64,000 bases of DNA from Alphaproteobacteria bacterium (GCA_965261975.1 CBDHEC010000047.1:78986-142985), one strand, 5' to 3'; counted from the stretch's first letter, positions 39,528-48,416 are shown. Translations and numbers: made by a program. The notes: generated by a model from the letters alone, not told the origin.

Positions 39528-39785
39528 ATGAACCTCAATGCGAACAAACTGGCAATTTCTACTGCCGTCGTGTTTGGCGTTCTTTGGGTTATCTGCAGCG
39601 CTCTGGTTGCCCTGTTTCCCGGGCAAATGCTTCGGATGACCGGGTATATGGTCCATTCGGAGCTCATTTCGTTCCAATGGTCCCTGACACTGGCCGGGTT
39701 TGTCGGCGGACTGGTGCTCTGGTCCGTTCTGTCGGGCCTGATTGTCTGGCTGGTAGCGCGCTTCTACAACCGAATCGCGGCTTGA
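39528..39785 (+). CDS. Small membrane protein (DUF5676-like)
   Basis: 85 aa, two TMs, WVICS..MVH, FYNR; RBS AGGAG. Confidence 0.65.
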   Translation: MNLNANKLAISTAVVFGVLWVICSALVALFPGQMLRMTGYMVHSELISFQWSLTLAGFVGGLVLWSVLSGLIVWLVARFYNRIAA

Positions 39786-39874
39786 TCTTCTCCAACCGAC
39801 GAACCGGATGATTGCGAACGTTTCTCGGTGTCGCTCGATTGACTGGCGGATGCGCCCGGCTGATACGAAATGTT

Positions 39875-40423
39875 TCAGCAACCTCGCTTACGCTTCGCCA
39901 GTTCTCTGTACAGTGCTTCCGGACTGACGCCGATCTGTTGTGCGAGGCTTCTCCATTCACCTTTCGGGGGTAGCGTGCCATACCAGCTTTCCCATGCTGC
40001 CAGTCTTCCTTCGATCGTTCTGAGCGAAAGCGTTTCCGCGCGAAACCGTGTGCTCTGAACTTCGTGGGCCAGGTGCGCCATGAAGGCCTCCGCAAGATCT
40101 GGCTCTTCGCGCAACCGTTTTCGCACCGCCCCTTGCGGGATGCTCTGGACAGTTGTGGCGTCTGTCGCGATGGCGTCACAGTGATAGGCCTTTGCGAACA
40201 GAGACGCTTCTGCGACGACTTCGCCGGGCTGCGTTCGTTGCAGAATGACGGAGCCGCCTGTCTCGCCGAATCGGACAAGATGCACTTCGCCCGCAAGCAC
40301 CAGGTGCAGTCGCCGGACGGGCTCTCCAAGGTGAAAAAGATACTCACCCGGAGTGAGCGCCCGCCGGGAACCGCCTGACAATCGGAACGAATCAAAAATC
40401 TCGGAAGACATGATCTTGATCAT
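39875..40423 (-). CDS. Short Crp/Fnr family transcriptional regulator
   Basis: cNMP-like domain GEYLF..GEVHLVR..AEASLF..YHCDA; HTH LAQQIGVSPEALYREL. Confidence 0.85.
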   Translation of the reverse strand: MIKIMSSEIFDSFRLSGGSRRALTPGEYLFHLGEPVRRLHLVLAGEVHLVRFGETGGSVILQRTQPGEVVAEASLFAKAYHCDAIATDATTVQSIPQGAVRKRLREEPDLAEAFMAHLAHEVQSTRFRAETLSLRTIEGRLAAWESWYGTLPPKGEWRSLAQQIGVSPEALYRELAKRKRGC

Positions 40424-40426
40424 GTC
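40407..40426. promoter_or_regulatory. Perfect palindrome GACATGATC-TT-GATCATGTC (FNR-box-like ATGAT-N4-ATCAT)
   Basis: Overlaps the regulator start codons, upstream of the divergent gene. Confidence 0.7.
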
Positions 40427-40481
40427 AGTGATCTTGCTGCTCTGGCAAGTTCGGGAACGAATTCACACTCGGGAGCAGAGA

Positions 40482-41063
40482 ATGTTGAAACACATAGTGA
40501 TCGCCACAGTATTGTTAGTGCCGCTCGCCGCTCAGGCACAGCCTGTCGACCGAGCGCACAGTTCCGGCATGACGCATGTCGACCATGGCGCCGAAATGGA
40601 ACGCACTAGAGGGGCCTCTGCCCGGGAACCCGGCCAGGGCGCTTTCGCGGCAATTCAGGAGATTGTCGCCCTCCTGGATTCCGATGCGGACACCGACTGG
40701 ACGAAGGTCAATATCGACGGGCTCCGCCAGCATCTGGTCGACATGGATAATGTGACGCTGCATGCCGAAGTTTCGGAAACAAGGATTGCGGGTGGAAGGC
40801 GCTATCTGGTCACGGGCGCTGGTGCGGTCCGGGAATCCATCGATCGGATGATCAAGGCGCATGCCGAGACCATGGATGGGGTAAACGGCATGCGCATCTC
40901 GGCCGCGACCGTGCCTGATGGAACGACAATGACCGTGACCGTGGCAGAACCGACGGATTTGCCCAGGCTGGAAGGTCTCGGCTTTATTGGCGTCATGGCG
41001 CTGGGCGCGCATCATCAGGAACACCATCTCATGATTGCGAAGGGTGAAGGACCGCACGGATGA
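40482..41063 (+). CDS. His/Met-rich exported hypothetical protein
   Basis: Signal peptide; PGQGAFAAIQEIV, LRQHLVDM, AHA.TM, GAHHQEHHLMIAKG. Confidence 0.75.
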   Translation: MLKHIVIATVLLVPLAAQAQPVDRAHSSGMTHVDHGAEMERTRGASAREPGQGAFAAIQEIVALLDSDADTDWTKVNIDGLRQHLVDMDNVTLHAEVSETRIAGGRRYLVTGAGAVRESIDRMIKAHAETMDGVNGMRISAATVPDGTTMTVTVAEPTDLPRLEGLGFIGVMALGAHHQEHHLMIAKGEGPHG

Positions 41064-41202
41064 TATTCGAAGCTGAGGGGTCGCGTGCGTCTCTTGCTGA
41101 ATCCGGGGAATCGCGAATACGGTGGCCCAACCGGCCCGGGCCAAAAGAACTGACCCGGGTCGGCACGATGCGGCACAAGCCGGAAGCGGCGCTACTCGTG
41201 AT

Positions 41203-42099
41203 CTATTCCGTTTCGTTGTTCAGAAGATAATGGGCGATCGCGCGCAGGTCCTCGTCGGTCAGCCACGAGGTGCCGTCGCGAATGACCTCCCCCATGCTGC
41301 CGCCAAGCACGTCACCATTGGGTTTCGTGCCGAATCTTAGCCCGAACGCGAGATTGTTCTCGGTCCAGCCGCGCTCACCGAGCGCGGCGGGCGTGATCGG
41401 CGGCGAGCGTTCGCCGCCTGGCAGACCGCCCGCACCGTGAAGTGCCTGCTCGGCATCGCCCGCGCCGAGAAGGTTACGGGGCGTGTGACACGCGCCGCAA
41501 TGCGCGGGCCCCTCGACGATGTACCGGCCCCTGTTCCAGGCGTCGCTCCTGCTCGGGTCATCCTCGAACCGCTCGGAATCAAAGAAGAGGTTCTGCCAAC
41601 CGCGAAGTGCCCAACGTTGATCGAATGGAAAACCGAGTTCCTGGGTCTTCGAGGGAATGTCCGCATTAGGAACCGTTTTCATCGCGGCCCAAAGGTCGGC
41701 GACATCCTGGTCGGTAAGCTTTGAATAGAAGGTATACGGGAACGCCGGATAGTAGGGTTCGCCTTCTGGGGAAATGCCGTGTCGCAAGGCGCGTGCGAAG
41801 TCATTCAGGGACCAGTTTCCCAAGCCTGAAATGGGGTCCGGCGTGATATTCGGGCCGTAGAACGTCCCGAACGGCGTCTTGAGGGGTGGGCCTCCGGCCA
41901 GGAGTTCTCCGCCCCCCGCTTCGTTTGTGTGGCAAGCGATGCAGCCCGCGAGGCGTGCGACATAGGCGCCGCGCTCCGGATCGCCTTCGAGTTGCGCGAT
42001 CACCGTGTCGGGCACCGTGTTGCCGCGGAGAACGGTCACGGCACTGCCGACCGCGACCACCGCGATCGCCGCGGCAGCCACCAAGTAAAACTTTCTCAT
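41203..42099 (-). CDS. Diheme c-type cytochrome
   Basis: CIACH, PNITPD, CGACHTPRN. Confidence 0.88.
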   Translation of the reverse strand: MRKFYLVAAAAIAVVAVGSAVTVLRGNTVPDTVIAQLEGDPERGAYVARLAGCIACHTNEAGGGELLAGGPPLKTPFGTFYGPNITPDPISGLGNWSLNDFARALRHGISPEGEPYYPAFPYTFYSKLTDQDVADLWAAMKTVPNADIPSKTQELGFPFDQRWALRGWQNLFFDSERFEDDPSRSDAWNRGRYIVEGPAHCGACHTPRNLLGAGDAEQALHGAGGLPGGERSPPITPAALGERGWTENNLAFGLRFGTKPNGDVLGGSMGEVIRDGTSWLTDEDLRAIAHYLLNNETE

Positions 42100-42108
42100 G
42101 AGTGCCGC

Positions 42109-42717
42109 CTACTGTTTCTTGCGAAACTGGGTGTGGCAGGCGCTGCATGTCTGTGTGACACGTGCGAATGCTGCGTCGGGCGGCATCTTCGCGAGGGCCG
42201 CCGGATCGTTCATCGGCATGCCGCTCGAGGATGACCCGCCCATCATGGGGTTGCGGCGTCCCATCGGGCTTGTCCCCATACCGCCCTGGCGTCCCTGATT
42301 CATGCTTGCGCCCATGCCCGGACCGCGGGGATTGTCGGCTGCCTCTGCCAGAGCGCTGGCATATTTTGTCAGGTCGTTCGCGAGTTCCGAAAACCGGTCC
42401 CAGTCCTGCCAGATCGCAGGCAGGGATTCACTCGGTCCCTGAATGCTGCCTTCGGGAAACAATCGGGTCATTTGTTCGCCGCCATGGTTTCCGATGAAGG
42501 CCGCAGCTTCGCGAAGAGCCGCCGCATCGAAAGGTTTCTCACCCTGAAACATCTCCGTAATGGTTTTCATGGATTTACCGACGGCATCCATGAGGTCCAT
42601 CCGCTCTTTCACGATTCCCGTGGCGCCGCCGTGGGCAAAGGCCAGGCCGGTTGAGGCCACGATAATGAGCGCCCCGACCGGGGCCAAGATTTTGAGTTTT
42701 AAGTTCCGCATGTTCAC
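42109..42717 (-). CDS. Cytochrome c'/c556 (class II) with Gly/Met-rich insertion
   Basis: C-terminal CSACH, IWQDWDRF; insertion GPGMGASMNQGRQGGMG..MMGG. Confidence 0.85.
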   Translation of the reverse strand: MNMRNLKLKILAPVGALIIVASTGLAFAHGGATGIVKERMDLMDAVGKSMKTITEMFQGEKPFDAAALREAAAFIGNHGGEQMTRLFPEGSIQGPSESLPAIWQDWDRFSELANDLTKYASALAEAADNPRGPGMGASMNQGRQGGMGTSPMGRRNPMMGGSSSSGMPMNDPAALAKMPPDAAFARVTQTCSACHTQFRKKQ

Positions 42718-42747
42718 GTCTCACTTCCGAGCATTGGCTTTAAATGC

Positions 42748-42783
42748 GTCATATTTCCGGCTCACATGGGCTGGAAATATGAC
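42748..42783. promoter_or_regulatory. Intergenic inverted repeat GTCATATTTCC...GGAAATATGAC
   Basis: 16-bp imperfect stem between leader-like ORF and cytochrome c'. Confidence 0.5.
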
Positions 42784-42808
42784 CGCAAAAGCATTGAAAG
42801 AAAATCAG

Positions 42809-43222
42809 CTAACCAAGTTCAGCTGTTCTCTGCTTCGGAGGAGGAGGATCAACCGTGAGAAACGAAGCGGGTCGAAACCCTGGTATGACGGAGAATGGCT
42901 CAGTGTTGATCGATCGAGGCGCGCCGGCCAGATCTGCATTGGACATCGAATAGCCGGGTGAACAGGGAACAGCACCGTGATGACATGCCGGCGCTTCCTC
43001 TTGGCCGCCATTCGGCTGACCCGGGTCCAGCGTTCCTGTGAGGATTTGCGTTGTCGTTTCTGACGGTTTGCCCTGGTGGGCGTGTGCGGTCGATGCGGTT
43101 CCCAGGGACAGGAAACATACGACCGCGACAGCAGCCCACAGAAGCGAGGCGCTGGAAAAACACCTTTCGATCAAGCTGCTGCCCAGCTCTTCCTTGTCAT
43201 GATCTGCGAGTGCTTTGCTCAA
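42809..43222 (-). CDS. Small exported protein with CHH..C and C-terminal PPPP (CopL/CutF-like)
   Basis: Signal-like segment, ACHHGAVPC, VDPPPPK; start uncertain. Confidence 0.5.
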   Translation of the reverse strand: MSKALADHDKEELGSSLIERCFSSASLLWAAVAVVCFLSLGTASTAHAHQGKPSETTTQILTGTLDPGQPNGGQEEAPACHHGAVPCSPGYSMSNADLAGAPRSINTEPFSVIPGFRPASFLTVDPPPPKQRTAELG

Positions 43223-43225
43223 TGA

Positions 43226-43699
43226 TCAGGAGCCTCTGGCGCGTCTGTTCATGTCGCTCTGTCGCTGCTGGATCTTGCCGGGCCAGCGCGACTTAATATA
43301 AGCGAGCACTGCCCAGATTTGCTCGTCTGAAAGTACCCCTTCGTAAACCGGCATGTCCGTCTGCACAGGTTGCCCGACCACGGCGGACAACCCGAATTTC
43401 GTGAGATTGAACAGGGACACGTCGTCATGATGCCAAGTGTGTCCCGATGCGTCATGGGGGGGAGCCGGCAGCCTGCCGTTGGCCTTGCGTGATCGCCAGT
43501 TTGGCTGGCCTTCGAGATTGGCACCGTGGCACGCTGCGCATTGGGATGCATATACCTGCCGCCCCAGGGCCACGAGTTCCGCGTTCGAAGGATCGGCCGA
43601 AAGCGTTGCTTCGGCAGTCGGTTTGCCAATCGAGAGATAGATGCCCGCGGCAACGACCGCGATCACAAAAACCGTTATCACCAGACTACGTTTGGACAT
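43226..43699 (-). CDS. Monoheme c-type cytochrome (copper-cluster associated)
   Basis: CAACHGANLEGQPNW, PAPPHDASGHTWHH, MP..LSD. Confidence 0.88.
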   Translation of the reverse strand: MSKRSLVITVFVIAVVAAGIYLSIGKPTAEATLSADPSNAELVALGRQVYASQCAACHGANLEGQPNWRSRKANGRLPAPPHDASGHTWHHDDVSLFNLTKFGLSAVVGQPVQTDMPVYEGVLSDEQIWAVLAYIKSRWPGKIQQRQSDMNRRARGS

Positions 43700-43725
43700 A
43701 AACCTGCTCACCAAGTGCAGATCAT

Positions 43726-43756
43726 GTCCTACAGCTTCCACCTGCTGGAAGGTCAA
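43726..43756 (-). promoter_or_regulatory. CueR-type promoter TTGACC with CTTCC-N7-GGAAG dyad
   Basis: TTGACCTTCCAGCAGGTGGAAGCTG; weak -10 TAGGAC at 19 bp. Confidence 0.75.
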
Positions 43757-44012
43757 GCGCGGACTTGATTGAACATTCTCCAGTGGTACACGAGATGTTG
43801 GTGCGTATTTGGTACACTTCGTCACAAACAACCATGATTAACGGTGATCAATCAGGACAAGACGTTCACGAAAGTCGCCCAATTTTTCTATTGCCGTTGA
43901 TCTTGGTTGATACCCGCCGGGTCACTCGGTCGTGACTACGGATCAGATGGCTGTTCACAGGGGGTTGGCTAGAGCCTTGTGTGGTTGAACTTTCCGGTCA
44001 ATGATGGAGATA

Positions 44013-44034
44013 CCGTTTCTATTCCATTGCTAGA
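44013..44034 (+). repeat. Putative arm-type sites CCGTTTCTATT-CCATTGCTAGA
   Basis: Match to 9009-9028. Confidence 0.5.
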
Positions 44035-44090
44035 TGTGGAATGACGTCCAGTAAAATGTTTTAAAACAGTAAATTGTGATTAAAACACAT

Positions 44091-44144
44091 GGGATTCCTA
44101 ATCCCGAGGCCGCAGGTTCGATTCCTGCCGGGCGCACCACGCGA
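44091..44144 (+). repeat. attR core (displaced 3' half of tRNA-Arg)
   Basis: 54-bp copy of 8846-8899. Confidence 0.95.
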
Positions 44145-44185
44145 TGTTACTATGGTCTACGATTCTGCCTGTTTTCCAGTGAATA

Positions 44186-44542
44186 ATGGATCTCACCCTA
44201 AAACTCAGTGAACTCACAGGCAGCGCATCCTGCGCGTTGCTCCAGATGATCGGGACGAACTGGAAAATTCCGGTGCTCATTGCGGTGGCGATTGGCCTGC
44301 AGGCCTGCGTTCCCGCGGTTAGTGTTGTAGAGGGTCTCAAGCAGCTCGGCAGTTATGGCGTCGAACAGGCGTTCGCCGAGGAGGACAAGTATCTGAAGAA
44401 CTACTCTGACAGGCGCGTCTGTTTATCGGCGACGCTTGAGAATCTGGAATGGGATAAATCTGTTGCTGCCGAGCCATTTGTCAGGGAAGCGGGGCGGCGC
44501 GATATTGGAAAAGACTGCCGCAACAAATACACCACCACCTGA
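44186..44542 (+). CDS. Hypothetical lipoprotein
   Basis: Hydrophobic stretch ending in LQAC lipobox; start uncertain. Confidence 0.5.
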   Translation: MDLTLKLSELTGSASCALLQMIGTNWKIPVLIAVAIGLQACVPAVSVVEGLKQLGSYGVEQAFAEEDKYLKNYSDRRVCLSATLENLEWDKSVAAEPFVREAGRRDIGKDCRNKYTTT

Positions 44543-44553
44543 CATCAGGTCGT

Positions 44554-45369
44554 TCACCGGGCCAGAGGTGGTTCGGTATCCGCGGCCATGCCGATGAGAA
44601 ACCTGTAGAAAGCGGCGGCGCGATTTACGAACGACTTCGCATTACCGGTCCCGATACCGGAGCGGGCCGCCGAAATTCCATAGTAATCCCATGCGCCGGT
44701 CTCGGTTCGGTCGAAAAAATGGACGGAGACCAGAGCCTGCGGTTTGAACAATGTGACGAAGGTATATCGAATGGCCGATATATTCGCGATTGTGGCGACG
44801 ACCCGATCGGGTCCCAATTCGCGAACGGTCAGGCTGTAGGTGTTCGGGCCGCTGGACCTCGAATCGTTCTGCATGAAGTACAGCCTGTCGCCACCCGATA
44901 ACTCAGATGCGGTGAAATCGGGCCGGCGAATGCCGCTGATGGGGCTCTCGATCGCGTGAGATTCGGTCACCAATGTTCGCCATCTTTGATCGGTCGTCGA
45001 CCAGTAGCGCAGTCCTTGGGTGGCGGAAATCTCGCCGATCCGCGTGAGGATATCGTTGCTCGATAGAGAGCCGTTGAATTTTCCGGCCAGGGTGACCACC
45101 AGCGCCAATCGACCCGACAGTGTGCCAAGGCAGCCCGCGGGATCATTCAGTTCCAGGTCCTGCCAAACTTGTACGATCGGCGCCTCCCCGAGGCCTCCGT
45201 AGGCGGGTGTCGTGTCGGCCTCGTTGTCCGGGCAAGGCGGGACGGGTTGCGCGGACGCCTGTGGCGCGGCGAGGAGGAGGATCACGACTGACAGGACGAC
45301 CGAAGCCAAGTTTGCAAGCATGTCTACCTTCCGCATCCCCATCGACTGCAAGCTGCAGTCCCGGGTCAT
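44554..45369 (-). CDS. Conserved-looking exported hypothetical protein
   Basis: Signal peptide, long ORF, GLRYWSTTD..W and SFVNRAAAFYR. Confidence 0.65.
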   Translation of the reverse strand: MTRDCSLQSMGMRKVDMLANLASVVLSVVILLLAAPQASAQPVPPCPDNEADTTPAYGGLGEAPIVQVWQDLELNDPAGCLGTLSGRLALVVTLAGKFNGSLSSNDILTRIGEISATQGLRYWSTTDQRWRTLVTESHAIESPISGIRRPDFTASELSGGDRLYFMQNDSRSSGPNTYSLTVRELGPDRVVATIANISAIRYTFVTLFKPQALVSVHFFDRTETGAWDYYGISAARSGIGTGNAKSFVNRAAAFYRFLIGMAADTEPPLAR

Positions 45370-45386
45370 TCTAATGCGTGCCCAAA

Positions 45387-45418
45387 GAAAAAGCCCCGGC
45401 GACCGGCCGGGGCTTTTC
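45387..45418. terminator. Rho-independent terminator
   Basis: AAAAGCCCCGGC-GACCG-GCCGGGGCTTTT after the permease. Confidence 0.85.
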
Positions 45419-45440
45419 TATTCACTTATGTGTTCGGCGA

Positions 45441-46823
45441 TCAGTCGGCGCCGGCACCCTGGGCGACATCGTCCGCCAGTTCTTCCGGCAGGATGAGGTT
45501 CAGGATGATCGCGATGAACGCCGCCGGCAGCAGGCCCGAGGCCAGCAACACGCGGATCGAATCCGGGACATGCTGCAGCGCGCCCGGCTCGAGATACAGC
45601 CCCAGACCGAAGGCCATGGAGACGGCGAAGATGATCATGTTGCGCCGGTTCCAGGTGACTTCGGCCAGCATCGACAGGCCCGCCGAAGCGACCATGCCGA
45701 ACATCACGATGACACCGCCACCGAGAACCTCGATGGGGATCGTCGTAACCAGCGCGCCGACCTTGGGAATCAGCCCGGCGAGGACCAGGAAGATGGCGCC
45801 GATGGTCACCACGTGCCGGCTCATCACGCCGGTCATGGCGACCAGGCCGACATTCTGGCTGAACGAGGTGTTCGGCAGGGCGCCGAACAGGCCCGCAACG
45901 GCGGAACCAAGACCATCAGCATAGGTCGCGCCGACGATCTCCTTGTCCGTGGCCTCGCGTCCGGCACCACCCTTGGCGATACCCGAAACGTCGCCGACGG
46001 TTTCAACCGCCGAGACGAAGGCCATGAGACAGAAGCCGACGATCGCTGCGGTGGTGAACTCAACCCCGAACGGGAAGAGCTCCGGCACCTCGAAGACGGC
46101 GGCCCGGCCCACATTGGCGAAACTCACCATGCCCAGTGCCATCGCGAAGAAGTAACCTACGATCAGACCGATGAGCACCGCCGCGACGGACCACATGCCG
46201 CGGACGAAGAATTTCAGCCCCAGGGTCACCACGATGACGCTGCCGGCGACGGACCAGTTCAGCAGGCTGCCATATTCGGGCTTGCCGATGGCGGGAACAC
46301 CACCCGCCGAATACTGGATGCCGACTTTCACCAGGATCAACCCGATCAGCAACACCACGATGCCGGTGATCAGCGGCGGCAGCGCGAAGCGGATCTTGCC
46401 GATGAACGTGCCGAGCAGCGCGTGGAACAGGCCACCGACGAGCACGCCGCCGAACAGGGCCGGGAGCGCTTCGACACCCTGGCCCGCGACCAGCGGGATC
46501 ATGATCGGCAGGAACGCGAAGCTCGTGCCCTGGACGACCGGCATCTTGGCGCCGACGGGGCCGAGTCCGATGGTCTGGATCAGGGTGGCGACGCCGGCGA
46601 ACAGCATCGACATCTGGATCATGTACAGCAGCACCGGGAAATCAGGTGAATTCGAGCCGAAGCCGAAGCCTGCTGCACCGGCGACGATGATCGCGGGTGT
46701 GACGTTGGAAATGAACATTGCCAGCACATGCTGGATGCCGAGCGGAATCGCTTTCGCGATCGGCGGCATATAGTTCGGATCGCGGAGTTGCTCCGGCGTT
46801 CCGAGGTTGGACGTGTTAGCCAT
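45441..46823 (-). CDS. NCS2 xanthine/uracil permease
   Basis: GIQHVLAMF, PVVQGTSFAF, ETVGD, SFSQNVGLVAMTGV. Confidence 0.92.
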   Translation of the reverse strand: MANTSNLGTPEQLRDPNYMPPIAKAIPLGIQHVLAMFISNVTPAIIVAGAAGFGFGSNSPDFPVLLYMIQMSMLFAGVATLIQTIGLGPVGAKMPVVQGTSFAFLPIMIPLVAGQGVEALPALFGGVLVGGLFHALLGTFIGKIRFALPPLITGIVVLLIGLILVKVGIQYSAGGVPAIGKPEYGSLLNWSVAGSVIVVTLGLKFFVRGMWSVAAVLIGLIVGYFFAMALGMVSFANVGRAAVFEVPELFPFGVEFTTAAIVGFCLMAFVSAVETVGDVSGIAKGGAGREATDKEIVGATYADGLGSAVAGLFGALPNTSFSQNVGLVAMTGVMSRHVVTIGAIFLVLAGLIPKVGALVTTIPIEVLGGGVIVMFGMVASAGLSMLAEVTWNRRNMIIFAVSMAFGLGLYLEPGALQHVPDSIRVLLASGLLPAAFIAIILNLILPEELADDVAQGAGAD

Positions 46824-46875
46824 CGTTAAGTGTGCCTCCAGTGGTTGGGGAAGAGCTTACGAGCGCCGATCTGCA

Positions 46876-47376
46876 TCAGCCTTCGATTCCTGTTATCTCG
46901 TAGGGTTCGTCGAACCAGTGCTCCTCCAGATTTTCGCCCGGACCGATCCTGTCGATCACGGCGAACAGACCGGGTTCATGGAGCGGCGTGAGTACACCGT
47001 GCCAGGTCCCCCGGTGATAATTGACGCCCTGACCGGGGTCGGTCAGGAACGCCTTCGGTTCGTGCGGGCTTCCATTTAGGTCGCTCGCGACGATGACAAG
47101 GAACGGATCGGCGGTCATGGGCACGAAGGCCTGACTGCCGAGTGGATGCCGTTCCATTAAATCCAGCGAATACGGTAGCGTGCGCGCCGTGGCCTTGAAC
47201 ACGCTTATTCCAGCGCGCCCGTCTTCATGCTCCAGGTCGATTTTGACGCGGTCATGATATCGCCCGCACATACCCTGATTGATCATCATGTCAGGCGCGC
47301 CAGACGCGTCGAATACATCTCCATAGGAAGCGAACGCTTCGGCCGTCAGCGGCGCAATGGTGATTGTGGCGCTCAC
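46876..47376 (-). CDS. allA: Ureidoglycolate lyase
   Basis: MERHPLGSQAFVP, GVNYHRGTWH. Confidence 0.9.
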   Translation of the reverse strand: MSATITIAPLTAEAFASYGDVFDASGAPDMMINQGMCGRYHDRVKIDLEHEDGRAGISVFKATARTLPYSLDLMERHPLGSQAFVPMTADPFLVIVASDLNGSPHEPKAFLTDPGQGVNYHRGTWHGVLTPLHEPGLFAVIDRIGPGENLEEHWFDEPYEITGIEG

Positions 47377-48416
47377 GCGACGCGGCCGAACAGGCGCAGG
47401 CGGCTGACGCCGCCGTCGGGGAAGATGTTGAGCCGGACATGGGTGGCCGTGCCGAGGTCGCAGACCTGGTCGTCGACAAATTCATGCACCGCATCGGCGG
47501 AGAGTTTCTGCTGGGCGAGCAAGGTCGGCCAGTCTTCCGATGCCGCGATCGCGTCATCGCCGATATCGATGCCGGTCATGCCCAGGTCGATCGCCTGTAT
47601 CGAACAGCTGTCGGGGTAGTTGCCCTTGAAATATGCGGTGTCCACGACGGTGCGGGAGATCGTGCCACGCACGCCGAGCGCCAGGATGATCCAGTCATGG
47701 CCCGGTCCGCGGCGTCGGCGGGTCTCCCAGCCATCGCCCATGTTCTGGCCCCGGCCCGGCGCGAGCAGCCGGTGATAGGTGCCGTAATGCGCATCCGAGT
47801 ATCCGACGATCCGTCCGCCGTTGAGGGTCGCCACGAGATCGATGTCGCGGCCCTGGAGAGATGCGGGCTCCAGATAAGGGGTGCCAAACACCCGCAATCG
47901 CGCGACGCCGCCGTCGGGATGTATGTGAAAACGTAGATGGCTCCATACATTGTCGTCGGCACAACGCAGGAAATGATGGGAGTCGGGTTCGAGATGCTGC
48001 ATGGGCAGCAGCTCGGTCCATTCCGTCCCGTCATCCGGGTCGCCGTCGGACAGGCAGGCCTCGATCCGGCATTCGGGCGGGTGATTGCCGGTGAAGAAGG
48101 ATGTGTCCACGTCGAAACCGTCGATCGTGCCCGGCACCGCCAGCGCGATAATTGCGTGGTCGTGACCGCCGCCGCGCCGTCGCCGCGATTCCCAGCCGTC
48201 CATCCATTTACCGTGATCGTCATATTTGTCGGTGATGAAGATCGGCGTGCTGTCCTGGAGCATGCGAACAAGGGGTGCGAAGAATTCATCGGTCGCCGAC
48301 ACGCCGCGTGCGCCCAGGCTCGCCGACGCCAGGTTGATCGCGTTGCGCGCGAAATCCGGCAGCTCGTGGGTCTGCAGCAGCGGTTTGCGTTCCATGTTCA
48401 GGGCGGCGTCAGTCAT
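47373..48416 (-). CDS. alc: Allantoicase
   Basis: Duplicated DGWE.RRRR and PDGGV.RLR motifs. Confidence 0.92.
   Translation of the reverse strand: MTDAALNMERKPLLQTHELPDFARNAINLASASLGARGVSATDEFFAPLVRMLQDSTPIFITDKYDDHGKWMDGWESRRRRGGGHDHAIIALAVPGTIDGFDVDTSFFTGNHPPECRIEACLSDGDPDDGTEWTELLPMQHLEPDSHHFLRCADDNVWSHLRFHIHPDGGVARLRVFGTPYLEPASLQGRDIDLVATLNGGRIVGYSDAHYGTYHRLLAPGRGQNMGDGWETRRRRGPGHDWIILALGVRGTISRTVVDTAYFKGNYPDSCSIQAIDLGMTGIDIGDDAIAASEDWPTLLAQQKLSADAVHEFVDDQVCDLGTATHVRLNIFPDGGVSRLRLFGRVA

Larger units (their letters stand above)
8846..44144. mobile_element. tRNA-Arg-integrated genomic island (~35.2 kb), metal-resistance cargo with satellite-like core
   Basis: 54-bp direct repeat at both ends, adjacent tyrosine integrase, Xis-like and Rep-like genes. 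Confidence 0.93.

Noticed and set aside
44091-44144. Second tRNA gene
   Set aside because: Lacks the 5' acceptor strand and D arm; it is attR.
45378-46649. Long ORF antisense to the permease (and similar ones, e.g. 35512-36918, 24854-25909, 62883-63791)
   Set aside because: Shadow frames of high-GC genes with clear motifs on the other strand.
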